From the NCBI GenBank assembly GCA_023213395.1, contig CM041465.1, positions 246,643,741-246,707,740 of the forward strand: a stretch of DNA of 64,000 bases, given 5' to 3'. This DNA is from Cycas panzhihuaensis (Eukaryota > Plantae > Cycadophyta). Position numbers and translations under genes: made by a program. The notes below the pieces were generated by a model. That model was not told the origin of the DNA and did no database searches. It saw nothing but the letters and a program-made list of their open reading frames with translations. Shown piece after piece: positions 41,347 through 53,228 of this stretch (the first letter of the stretch is position 1; each line of letters opens with the position of its first letter).

Positions 41347-43629
41347 GTGGTCCTTCTTCGAGCAGATATAACACCCTTCCCACTGAGAGTGTTGTTTGCT
41401 TGACCCAGCCTCACTTGTTGGCTAGCTCTTCCTCGAGCTCTTTTGGTTTCTCGAACCCTCGCTGCTTGAAGTCTCTTCACTCCTGGAGGACTTCTTCCTT
41501 GACCGCTCACCCTTGACCCCTGTCTTCGGCTTGAACGACTTCTTACCTGTCTTCGTCTGCTCCCTAAACTTAGACATGCTAGGTTTCTTGGACCCCTCCT
41601 CTCGAAAGACCATAAATCTATCTGATACAACTATAGTAGCGATGACATTGTCCATATTCTGTCGCCTTAGCTCACTTTGAATCCGCGACTGAAGCCCTAC
41701 CATGAATCGAAACAGCTTGTCTGACTGACATATCCTTGATTTCCAGCATCAGAGACGTGAAAGCCTTGATATAGTCCCTTACCTTCCCTATTTGTTTCAA
41801 CTCCGACAGCTTTGTCCTCACTACCTATGCAGAGTTCCCAAGATGAAATTGATCCCTCAATGTGGCCTTCAATCCCTCCCAGTTATTAACCTCTACACCG
41901 CATCTTCCAACCGCTTTGTCCTCTGCTCTGGCCCTCCACCAAAGCTTGGCACTTCCAATGAAGTACATGGCTATTGTTCTCACTTGAGCCTCGTCCGAGA
42001 GGCCTGGCATGCCTGCTAGGTATTCCTCGACATCCCAGTAGAAATTCTCAAGGACCTTGTCGTCTTACACTCTGTCATAGGTTTTTGGCTTCTTAAGTTT
42101 GGGCTGAATCTGTTGGGTGTGGCTCCCCCTGTAGCTATGAACTGCTTCAAGAGGGCTATGTCCTCTGCCATCCTGATTTGGGTCCTTATACTTTCACCCA
42201 ACTGTGCTTGAAGGTCCTTCACCTCTATTTCTAGTGCTTGCACCTGTCCCTCCAAGTGTTTCACGCTTCGCCAAGTGCTCTGGCTAGTCACATTCTGATC
42301 GCATCTTTCGCATGTTCTACCTTCCTCTTGGTAGGATTCTGCATCACCAGCATAAGGGCTTCCCTCACCCTCACTACTTAGGTGTGGCTCATCTGCTCCT
42401 TGAACTTAGACATGTTAGGTTTCCTAAACCCCTCCTCTCGAAAGTCCATCAACCTATCTGCTACAACTATAGCAGCGACAACGTTGTCCACATTCTCTCG
42501 CCTTAGTTCACTTAGAGCCCACGGCTAAAGGTCTACCATGAATCGAAACCACCTGTCTTGCTCTGACATATCCTTGATTTCTAGCATCAGAGATGTGGAG
42601 GCCTTGATATAGTCCTTTACCTTTCCCTTCTGTTTCAACTCCAACAGATTTGTCCTCGCTATCCATGCATGAGTTCCCAAGACGAAATTGATCCCTCAAC
42701 GCGGTCTTCAATCCATCCTAGTCGTTAACCTCTACAATGTGTCTTCCAGCCGCTTTGTCCTCTGCTCTGGCCCTCCACCAAAGCTTGACACTTCCCGGGA
42801 AGTACCTGGTTGCTATTGTTCTCACTTGAGCCTCTTCCAAGAGGCCTGGCATGCCTGCTAGGTATTCCTCGACATCCAGTAGAAATTCTCAAAGACGTTG
42901 TCATCCCTTGCTCTGTCATAGGTTTCTGGCTCCTTGAGTTTGGGTTGAATCTGTTGGGTGTGGCTCCCCACTATAGCCATGAACCGCTTCAAGAGGGCTA
43001 TGTCCTCTACCATCCTAATTTGGGTCCTTATACTTTCACCCAACTGTGTTTTAAGGCCCTTCACCTCGGTTTCTAGTGCTTGCACCTGTCCCTCTAAGTG
43101 TTTCACCCTTCGCCAAGTGCTCTGGCAAGTCACATTTCGATCGCGTCTTTCACATGTTCTACCTTCCTCTTGGTAGGATTCTACATCACCAGCATAAGGG
43201 CTTCGCTCACCCTCACTGCTTAGGCGTGGCACATCTTGTTTGTCTGCCACAGCGGTCCTTCTTTGAACAAATATAACATCCTTCCCACTAAGAGTGTTGT
43301 TTGCTCGACCCAACCTCACCTGTTGGTTGGCTCTTCCTCAAGCTCTTTTGGTTCCCCGAACCCTCGCTGCTTGAAGTCCCTTCGCTCCCCGAGGACTTCT
43401 TCCTTGACCTCTCACCCTTGACCCTTGTCTTCGGTTTGAGCAACTTCTTACTTGTCTTCGTCTGCTCCCTGAACTTAGACGGGCTAGGTTTCTTGGATTC
43501 CTCCTCTCGAAAGTCCATCAACCTATCTACTGCAGCTATAACAACGATGACGTTGTCCATATTCTGTCGCCTTAGTTCACTTTGAACTCACGACTGAAGC
43601 CTTACCATGAATTGAAACAACCTATCTGG
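41347..43629 (-). repeat. gag: Right arm of gag-only array (units 41347-42392, 42393-43250 and the 3' part of the third unit)
   Basis: Reverse-complement copies of the same gag. The third unit continues at 59853-60534 beyond the G2 insertion. Confidence 0.9.
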
Positions 43630-44462
43630 TGTTGACTGGGGTTGTTCCCACTGCACTTGTGGGAACAATGCACTTGTCAAGGTTACACAGGCTATAGTCT
43701 AGTTAGGATACTATCAACGTGGTTATTCACATACATTCCACAGATTATTCATAGAATTATATCACAATAGTACACAGCAGCATAGAAATCAACACATATT
43801 CAGCACTTCATCCTTATAAACACAGAGAATACACAGTTTTCCACGTAACTCTTCTTTCCATTAAGTAATAAGTTCAATTACACAGAGGGCTGGAATGCAT
43901 TCCTGTGCATTCCAGCAGCATACACTCTTTCTGTTACAAGTGTACCTAGATGGTACTTATCACTAAACACTGCTTCAATCAGCTGTCATGCGTGCTGGCA
44001 TCTGTACCATTGCGTACCCTGAATATTCGGCTCTCACCCTAACCGAATGGTCCATGCGTACCTCCTTAAATATGCCTCTTCGTACCTTTTGGCTGAAGGG
44101 TTATGACTGCCTGTCATAACCGTACCCCTTCGATCATCGTACCCTTTCCTTAATCATTAGTTATACACTTAACTAATGTCTTCATTATGTCCGTAAAACG
44201 TCCTGCACGTCCGCGCCTTCCTGTGCTTCTAGTGGTCTCGTACTGTCGTGCGTATCGCTTTCGTTCAGTTCCGTTTCGCTGCTGGTACGTATATGTGTTA
44301 CGTACCGTTTCCAGGTATGCACCTGTCATACATACCCAGAATGCTGATCTTTCCACTGTTTCGCCTCGTGCGTACCTTCGTACGGTCCGTACTTGCACAT
44401 CTCGGGTTATCCAGCCTACCTTTGGTCTTCCAACAACCATATGATCAATTTATGCCCCAACA
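43630..44462 (-). repeat. 3' LTR of G2
   Basis: TGTTGAC...CCCCAACA; highly similar to 59020-59847. Candidate TATA (TATTTAA on minus) at 44066-44072. Confidence 0.96.
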
Positions 44463-44549
44463 TCTATCCTGGGTGAACAGTATGGGTTTGAGCATCCTTG
44501 CTCAAGAAAACTCCAAAAATTTTTCAAAAATTTGGGGTATTCCTCCCCT

Positions 44550-45638
44550 GCTCTATCTCAAGGCGGCTCCTGCTGCCTCTGTCCTGCCAGGATTTCTTTA
44601 TTAATCTGTGTTAAGGTAGCAATGATAGCATCCTTTTCCTTAATTTTATCTTGAAGGGCAGCTATCTCAGCTTTATACCCTTCCTCCATTTCTTGAATCA
44701 GCTAAATTATAGGTCCTGATTTAGTATGTGGTGTGGGAGGTGCTGAGGTTTCACCTGCTTCCATTGTCGGAGGGAAGTCTTCCCATTCTTCCCAGGAGGC
44801 CTCTGCTTCTTCTTCCTCCTCCCCTGATTCCTCTTCACCTTTCTTCCTTTTACCTCTTCTATGGACAGCCTGTTTTGTCCGATGTGGAATGGGTGTTCCT
44901 GGTGTTTTCTGCAACCAGGTAAGTACCTTCTGCATTTGTTTTTGAACCCTTCTTTTTGCTTCCCCACATTAGCGTATCCAGGAATTCTGCCGCCCACTGT
45001 TTGATTATAGGTTCCCGTGGAGAAATGGTGGTTCATGTTAGCTGCACATCTGGACATTGATAGAAAAAGATGGCCAAGAGCAAGGAGGCATGTCGAAAGG
45101 GATGTGTCCTGATCTCCTTGAGTTGCTGCCTCATGTTTTCTGCCAAGAATTCGGACTAATTCAGTTTCTCTCCTTCCCGAATTTTTAATAACACTGGCAT
45201 CATACCTCCCGAAATGTATGTATACTTCCGTTTGGACAAAAATCGGGAATTTATAACTTTTGCTACCCATTGGAGTCTGATATCAATGATATACGCTGCA
45301 ATTCCACCAGACATTATCTGGGTATTTGGTTGACATAATTCTCTAAGCCACATTTCACGGTCAACCTCTGACCTCTTGGTACCCATTGGAATTTGTCCTT
45401 CATTTGGGAGTTTTATTATGGTATGAATTATTTCTGCATCCATGTTGACCTTCCTGCTATCTTCCTTCAGTGCCAACAGGATCTGGTCCATAAGTTCCGG
45501 GTCATAATACATGGGATTGCAATAAATGTAGTCTCCCCATCCTGCTTGTTTTACCCTGGTCTGAAATTGAGCTGGTAGAGCTTGCAATTCCTGCTTGAGC
45601 TTTGGTACAAACGCTTCTTGGCATCGTACTGTCCTCAT
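44550..45638 (-). pseudogene. Extra ORF downstream of integrase (Athila-type accessory ORF), few stops
   Basis: 160-aa ORF MRTVRCQ...GWGDYIYCNPMYYDPELM..IIKLPNEG, continuing past stops into an acidic stretch and a coiled-coil end. Homologous tail in G1. Confidence 0.7.
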
Positions 45639-45829
45639 TGTGGCTGTGGAATCCCAGAGATAGCTGAAAATAACCTAGAGTGCAAATCAGAACCCTATGT
45701 GCGTACTGTTTGGGTATGCTTGCCATTTTTGTGAAATTTTGTGCTGAGATGCGTACCGGAGTCACTTTTCCTTCTTACCGGGTCGTACAGTTGCTTGGCG
45801 GAAAATCCGGAGTCGATTCGTCCGTCCTT

Positions 45830-46250
45830 TTTCCACTGCGTACTTCGCAGGATTGCTCGCAGGTACGTAATGTTTTGTTGTATTCACTATTTTGTCTTAT
45901 ACGTGCTTTTGGTACGTATAATGTTATTCGCTTCCACTGTGCGTACTCGATTGCGTATTTTTCAGGTACGTACTCTATAATCGTTTAACTTAATTTTCTT
46001 TTCACTGTGCGTACCTGATTGCATACTTTTCAGGTACATATAATGTAATTGGGCAACTTAAAATTTGTTTTCATTGTGCGTACCCGACTGTATACTTTTT
46101 AGGTACATATAATGTAGTTTTGATTCACTTTTTTGAACTGTGCATTAGATCAGATTTCCTGCACGTATAGTATAATTTTTTGAATTTGATCACTTTTTTA
46201 ACTGTGTACCTGGTAACATACCTTTTTGGTACGTATAATGTATTTTGCTT
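45830..46250. repeat. Degenerate ~68-bp tandem repeats rich in CGTAC/GTAC between pol and the extra ORF
   Basis: CACTGTGCGTAC...CAGGTAC units at ~45934, 46002, 46070, 46136 and 46200. Confidence 0.8.
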
Positions 46251-46472
46251 GTATGCTTTTGAATTTTCCTCTGAATTTTTTAGTTTATGATGCTATTACT
46301 TATGTATATGATGAGTTACGGTTGTTTTTTATTTTTTCAAATTTTTTTTTTTTTCTCTTTTTCTGTATCCGTACCGAATTGGATCATGTCTCGGTATCAA
46401 GGCAATTGGTTTTGCCTCAACTTCATGCAACACGATATGGTACAACCAGCTGATCTGGCTGGTAAAGCTGAC

Positions 46473-49400
46473 CTACTCAATGTATGGTTTCAGTCTGCTA
46501 CCATTCACCCGAGTTGGTAGCATTGGTCCATCGATTTCCTGAAGTTGCACCGATCCGTTCTCGAAGACTTTTTCTGCGATGTACGCTCCCAACCACTGCA
46601 TCTTGAGTTTGCCAGGGTGCATTTTGAACTTGCTGTCGTAAAGCAGCATTTGATCACCTTCTTTGAACTGAGGTTTTCGTAAATGGCGGTCGTGCCATGC
46701 TTTTTGTTGTTGCCTTTCGACATTTTGCAACCATTTTACCATATGTCACTTCTCTTCTATTCGCACTAAGTCTTTCAATTGCTGCCGTAAGGACTGGAAG
46801 TCGTCTAATCGACATTGTATAGTAACTCATAGACTTGGTATCTCAAATTCCGTTAGAAGAATGGCTTCTGTGCTGTACACAAGCTATAATGGAGTTTGTC
46901 CAGTTGATCTTTTATATGTCGTTTGGAACGGCCATGGCACGGATGGCAATTTCTCGGCCCAATCAGATCTGCCGACGTCGCATATCTTCCTCCAGCAATT
47001 CTCAATTATCTTATTCGATCTTTCCGCTTGGCCATTTGCTCTCGGATAATAGGGAGTAGATTTTCGATGGTTCATCATGAACGCTGATGTCAATGTCTCT
47101 ATAGTTTGATTCAGAAAGTGGGCGCTTTGGTCGCTCACAATTTCCAAGGGGCATCCAAATTGTGTAATAATCACCTCGTATAGAAATCGAGCTGTACTTT
47201 CCGCATCAACTTTCTGTAATGCTCGCGCTTCTACCCACTTCGTCATATAGCCAGTTGCCACCAAAATGTATCAGGCTTTCGATCGACGAGCGGCTGGTTT
47301 AATTGGCCCCACGAAGTCGAGTCCCCATTTCTCAAATGGTGCTAAAGGTAAAATGGGATGTAGGGGTTGGAAATCCTGTCGATTAGGTTTTCCAACTTGC
47401 TGGCAATAGTTGCAAGCTTGAATCCACTTCCTGACGTCCTCGAACATGGATGGCCACCAGAATCCAGACATCAAAATTTTTCCCATGTGGCTAATTTGTC
47501 CATGTGTCCACCTGTTACTCCTTCGTGTGCTTGCGACATGATTTGGTTGATCTCGTGTGGTCGAACACAGTGTCTTAACACTTCGTCTGGCCCCAATTTG
47601 TATAATTCCCCATTAATTAGTTGATATGGTTCTACTTTTCTGATAAAATTCCTTTTTCCCGTGCGATCTAATTCTGTCGACACTTCTCCAGTCGCTAAGT
47701 ATTCTGGTATTCCCTCATACTAGTTAGTTGGGACCGCTTCCACACTGAATAGTGCTGCGTCTGGAAAGTCGTCTGGCACTCCCATGGCTCTTTCCCCGTT
47801 TGTGATTCTTGACAATTGATCAGGGATGATATGGGCTTTTCCGGGTTTCACAATGATCTTAAAAGAAAATTCTTGGAACAACATCAACCACCTGCTGATT
47901 TGCCCTTGCATGATCGGTTTATTCACCAAATACATCAACGCTTGGTGATCGACGAAGAACAAAAATGGATATGACAATAGATAGTGTCGAAATTTCTGCA
48001 ATGCATATACCATGCCGAGTGCTTCCCTCTCTGTCATTGTGTAATTCTGTTCGGCCTTTGTAAGTTTTTGACTGGCGAAGTATATCGGGTGATCCGTCTT
48101 GTCGTCACTGGGTTGTGCCAATACGCATCCAATAGTGTATTGTGACGCATCCACATGTACATGGAAGGTCTTCTTCCAATCTGGAAATCGCAGTATAGGT
48201 ACTGCTATGATAGCTTGTTTTAGTGTTTTAAATGCTTGCTGCTGTTCCTCCGTCCATGCCCATTCAATGTTCTTTTTCAATAATTCTTCCAGGGGTCCTG
48301 ATATGTATGCATATCCCCTGATAAACTTTCTATAGTATCCCGTTAACCCCAAAAAACGTTTCAGTTGTTTCCTCGTAAGTGGCATAGGGAAGTGCGATTG
48401 CGATACTTTATCGGATCTCGGCAATCCTTCCTTGCTGACTATGTGCCCCAACAGGTTTCCAAAGGGTACCAGGAAGGCACATTTTTTTGGATTCAGGCAC
48501 AACTTGTTTTCACGGCATGTCTGTAACATTTCCCTCAAGTTCTCCATGTGATCCTTCATTAATCCATACAATGTCCAATCATCTAGGAATACCGCAACTT
48601 TTTCTCCAATAAATTTCTGAAATATATTAATTACAATCCGTTAAAATGTAATCAGTGCATTCATAAGACCGAATGACATCACTTTATATGCATACGTTCC
48701 CCATTCTGTCACAAATGTGGTTTTCGCTTGATCCTCTGGGGCAATTTGCACTTGATTGTACTCGCTGAATTCATCGGTGAAGGAGTAGATTTCATTCCCT
48801 CCAACTGCTTCCAGAATATCCTCTGTAAAAGGTAATGGAAAGGGATCCTTCTTTGTTATCTTATTTAGTTGTCTGTAATCCACATAGACACAGATTCTTC
48901 CATTCTTCTTGGGAACTATCACTACAGGGCTCACCTAGTCACTGTAGTCGATTTCGTAAATATATCTTGCTTCTAACATTTTGTCTAGTTCGGTTTCACT
49001 TTTTCCTTATATTTGGGATTCATCCGGTATGGCCTCTGTTTTTCCAGTTTCGCATCTTCCACTAAATCGATGTGATGCATTCCTATTTTCGGAGGAATGC
49101 CTTTTAGGTCCTTGTATGACAATGCAAATACGTCGCGGAATTCTTCAAACAATCACGGGCTTCAAGCATCTTGCCTAATGATCCCAATAATTCCAATTCA
49201 TATGAGTTTGGGATTGTCTTGGCTGCCAACATTAATCTCAGTAGTTTTCAACTTAGTTACTCCCACATCTTCCGTATTTCCGATTTTGTGTCTCGGAGTA
49301 TCCTCTAACTTTCTTTCTCCAATATTAAGTTCTGTGAATTCTACAGAGTAATTCATAATTTCTTCTTCTTCACTATGTACTGATTCTTCCTCCTCTTGGT

Positions 49401-49712
49401 TTGTCAGTTCTTGTTCTAGTTTTATACTCATTAATCTAATATGTTTTAGGATTCTATCTATTTTCTTGTTTTCCGAAGTATGCCTAAAGGTTTTTATAAA
49501 GGATTTCTTCAAGCCTCCCCAAGTCACGTATAAACTTTGTTCCTTTTTGAGGAACCAGTCCTTGGCTACTCTTCCCAGGGTATGGTAAAAATAGTTAGGC
49601 CAATTTTGTTTGGGTATACTTAAGGATGTCCATTTTTGTTTACATTTTTGTATATGCTCCCTAGGGTTTTGACCTACATAGAATATTGGGGTGTATAATT
49701 GTTTTGGATGAT
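46473..49712 (-). pseudogene. pol: G2 pol 3' part (capsid-like module, RT, RNase H, integrase)
   Basis: VDYRQLNK; VFLDDWTLYG; HVDASQY; NYTMTEREAL; PFEKWGLDFVGPI; VSDQSAHF; GKLKMQWLGAY. Confidence 0.95.
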
Positions 49713-49713
49713 C

Positions 49714-50004
49714 GAATCAGATTCAAATCTGATTCATTGTTTACAAAGGTCACTGATTGACCTTTACCTTCCTTAATGTTGCATAGGAGTTCTTCACTCC
49801 CTATCATATGTTGAGAAGCTCCTGAGTCGACGATCTAAGTGTGATCAACCTTGGATGACTGGTATACGCAAAACAGTTTGTCTTCATTGTGCAAACTGAT
49901 TAAAGTGGCGTTGGTAGCCACCTCTTTGACCCCCCCTTCCTCTTGGACCTCCTCGATAGGCACCTTGATTTGGTCGACCAAATCGAGGTGCCTATCGAGA
50001 AGGT
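49714..50004. repeat. Templated filler: copy of 51300-51548 bounded by two palindromes
   Basis: Direct duplication; palindromes at 49714-49735 and 49947-50004. Confidence 0.9.
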
Positions 50005-52435
50005 AACATTTGGTTGCTTCTTACATGGTACAGGAGGTGTAGATGAAGAACATGGTGTATAAGATTGAGAGGAAGGGAAGTCCTCAACAATCTTTTTTTC
50101 TTTGTCAATGGGGGGTTGGATTGATGCCATATCCAACTCTTTCTGATTATTCTCAACAAAGATTACATCTCTTGAGAGATGCATTTTTCTCCCAACTGGA
50201 TCATACAACTTGTAGGCTTTGCTATGAATTGCATATCCTACAAAGATGCATTTAAGACTATGTTTGTCCAACTTTGTTCTTTGTTGATCTGGTATGTGCA
50301 TATACGCAGTGCACCCGAATGTCCTCAAATGGTTGATAGTTGGCTTCTTACCACCATGCCTCCTCAAGTGTGATGTCTGGATCATTGTAGGACTCGATTG
50401 GCCACATAGGTCAGATGAAATGCTTCGGCCCAGTAAGCTCTTGGAAGTCCTTTTGCATGCATCATCATTTTGGCTTTATTAGCCAAAGTTCTGTTCATTC
50501 TTTTGGAGACTCCATTTTGTTGAGGAGTATGAGGAGCTGTGAATTGTCTCCGAATTCCATTATCCTTGCAGAATTGGTTGAATTCATTTGAAGTGAATTC
50601 ACCTCCATTATCTGACCTTAATGTGCCAATTGAGTAGCCAGATTCATTTTCTACTTCCGCCTTAAACTCTTTGAACTTGGAGAAGGCCTCTGATTTTTGC
50701 TTTCGGAAAGTAGACCTAGACTTTGTGAGAGAAGTCATCAATGAAAGATATGTAATACAATGCTCCTCCAAATGATTGAGTGGACATGGGTCCACACAAG
50801 TCTGAGTGAACTAACTGCAATGGATAAGATGCACGCCATGCTTTGCCTTTAAGAAAAGACAACCGATGTTGTGTCCCCATTATGCAAGCTTCACAAAGAC
50901 ATTTTGAACCATACATCTTTGGAAGCCCATACACCATGTTTTTGCTTATCATCTGCTTCAAATTGTCCAGGCGTAAGTGACCTAGACGTTGATGTCATAA
51001 TTGAATTTTCGACAAAGATATGGAACCAGAATAAGCAAAATCAAGCGTAATGTTATTGGCATCCAACTTATAAAGATCTTGATCCTCACAGGCAACAGCT
51101 ACGATCTGGTCATCTTTGTCACTAATGATACATTTCCCATTTTTGAATAGTACGTTCATCTGTTGCTTGTCCAACTGGCTAACAGATAGCAGATTCTTCT
51201 CCATGGAAGGAATAAAGTAGGCATCACTGTTGGGAAATGATGAGGAAGGATTTTGTGAAGAATGAAAAGGAGCTATAGTGCCTATTCCTGAAATCTCAAC
51301 TGATTCATTGTTTTCAAAGGTCACTGATTGACCTTTACCTTCCTTAATGTTGCATAGGAGTTCTTCACTCCTTGTCATATGTTGAGAAGCTCCTGAGTCG
51401 ACGATCCAAGTGTGATCAACCTTGGATGACTGGTATGCGCAAAACAGTTTGTCTTCATTGGCAAACTAATTAAAGTGGTGTTGGTAGCCACCTCTTTGAC
51501 CCCCCCCTTTCTCTTGGACCTCCTCGATAGGCACCTCGATTTGGTCGAGGGGGATTCTATCCGATCCGTCATTGAATTTTTGTTGGAACTGTTGCCTTGG
51601 CTGCTGTTGTCGTTGACCTTGTGGTCATTGCTGCTGCTGTTGTCGTCGTAGATCCGCCCGCTTCTTTCTGCAATCAGGTGCAATGTGGCCAAGTTTGCCA
51701 CAATAATGACACACAACATTGGACTTAGAAGATCCAATGTTCATGTTTCCAAACTACTTTGTGAAAGCAGGTTTGGAGTTTTGATTTGCCTTTGCCTTGG
51801 CTGTGAAAGCACCTAGTGTAGATGGTTCTTCATTATCCTTCGCATAAATTTGTTCTTCTTGAAGCAATAAGCTTTCAAGTTCATTGAATTTCATATGCTT
51901 TATTGAACCATCTCGTGTGGTTGATGATATGAAGCCGTTGTAGTCCTTAGGCAATGCCTTTGTGATGGAGGTGATGATTTCGTCCCTTGTAGCAGGACTA
52001 CCTAGAGTACTCAATTCATTACAAACCTCCTTAATGGAGGTCAAGAATGTCGACATTGGCTTTACAAATTTGATAGAATACAATTTGGCTTTTATCATCA
52101 AAATGTGAGCTTCATCTCGCCTTTCATACAAAGAGGACAATGTGTCCCATGTTTCTTTAGAAGATTTGGCAGAAGAAATATTCTGATCTATATGTACATC
52201 CACAATCATATGAATAAATGCCAAAGCAATTGCCTTTGGCCTCCCAAGCAAGAACACGTTCATAATCAACTTGAATTTCATCATCAACAAGTGCAGGATT
52301 GGGGATTCTTCCAGAAACATATCCCCAAAATTCATTCATTATCAAGAGATTTTGTGTGATTCTTTTCCATTCTTGATAATTTGCTTGTCCTGTTAGCCTT
52401 ATGGTGCATGCATTGAGCATGTTTATGGCAGCCAT
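50005..52435 (-). pseudogene. gag: Copia D gag, protease, integrase
   Basis: LTGQANYQEWK; WIVDSGASQHMT; LQLVHSDLCGP; LRSDNGGEF; PQQNGVSKRMNRT; KCIFVGY. Confidence 0.93.
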
Positions 52436-53074
52436 CTTTCCACTTGTTTAAAAGCTAACAAATAACTTGGTAACTTCAAAGCTTTTGTCGTTTAAGTTCC
52501 GCCTTCTAACAACACCACCAGTCCTGATTTTACAAGAAGATCCAACAACTGGTGGAGTGATGAGGGGTGGAGGACGTCGGCTATTGAATTGGTCCAAAGT
52601 TAAGTGTAGCAGAGGCAAGGATTCAGCCTTTTTCGAGCCTCTCCAGCTAGATTTTAAATTCACTTTTAGACAAATTTTAAGTGAATTTTTAAAGTCCTTT
52701 TATTTGGATTTTGATGCTATGCCTTTTAGCTTACAATGAATGCTTCTTAAGAAGCAAGTACATGAGAGAATGAGCACTTTTATTAAGTGATTTTTAAGTG
52801 CTTTGTGATCCAAGTAAAGTGCTTTGAATGCTTGAGTACAATGATGTAAGTACTTTGAGTACTTAGTGAAAAAATGATGCAAAAAACCTTTGATGAAGAT
52901 CACAGAAGTGGGTTCTTTTTAACCCTCCAAATCCGATGTAGTGAAGAAGCCACTAGTCAAGTGTACTCAAAAGTGCTCCAAAGCCAACACGAACTCCAAG
53001 TAGTAAGTTGTTGAGACTTTAAAATAGTCTCAACAATCCAAAAAAATGTGATTTTATTAAGTGTCAAATTTAGC

Positions 53075-53228
53075 CTTCTTTTTGAGCTTTTTGAAGGCTA
53101 AGGTCACCATGCAAGGTGCCAAAAAATGAACTTAGATGGTGATGTTTCTCACTTCTTTTTGAGCTTTTTGAAGGCTAAGGTCACCATGCAAGGTGCCAAA
53201 AAATGAACTTAGATGGTGATGTTTCTCA
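53075..53228. repeat. Perfect tandem duplication, 2 x 77 bp, in the Copia D leader
   Basis: CTTCTTTTTGAGCTTTTTGAAGG at 53075 and 53152. Confidence 0.95.

Noticed and set aside
39010-43629. Domesticated gag gene cluster
   Set aside because: Every unit has stops or frameshifts; no intact ORF.
43690-44040. tRNA-Glu gene or tRNA-derived SINE inside the G2 LTR
   Set aside because: Only two short pieces ~310 bp apart, with no T-arm/B-box and no cloverleaf. Reported as motifs instead.
44150-44604. ORFs in the G2 LTR
   Set aside because: Not preserved in the same form in the second LTR; a by-product of the CGTAC-rich sequence.
44550-45638. True envelope gene
   Set aside because: No signal peptide or transmembrane segment evident.
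45830-46250. CRISPR-like repeat-spacer array
   Set aside because: Whole units are degenerate copies with no unique spacers, no cas genes, and the context is eukaryotic.
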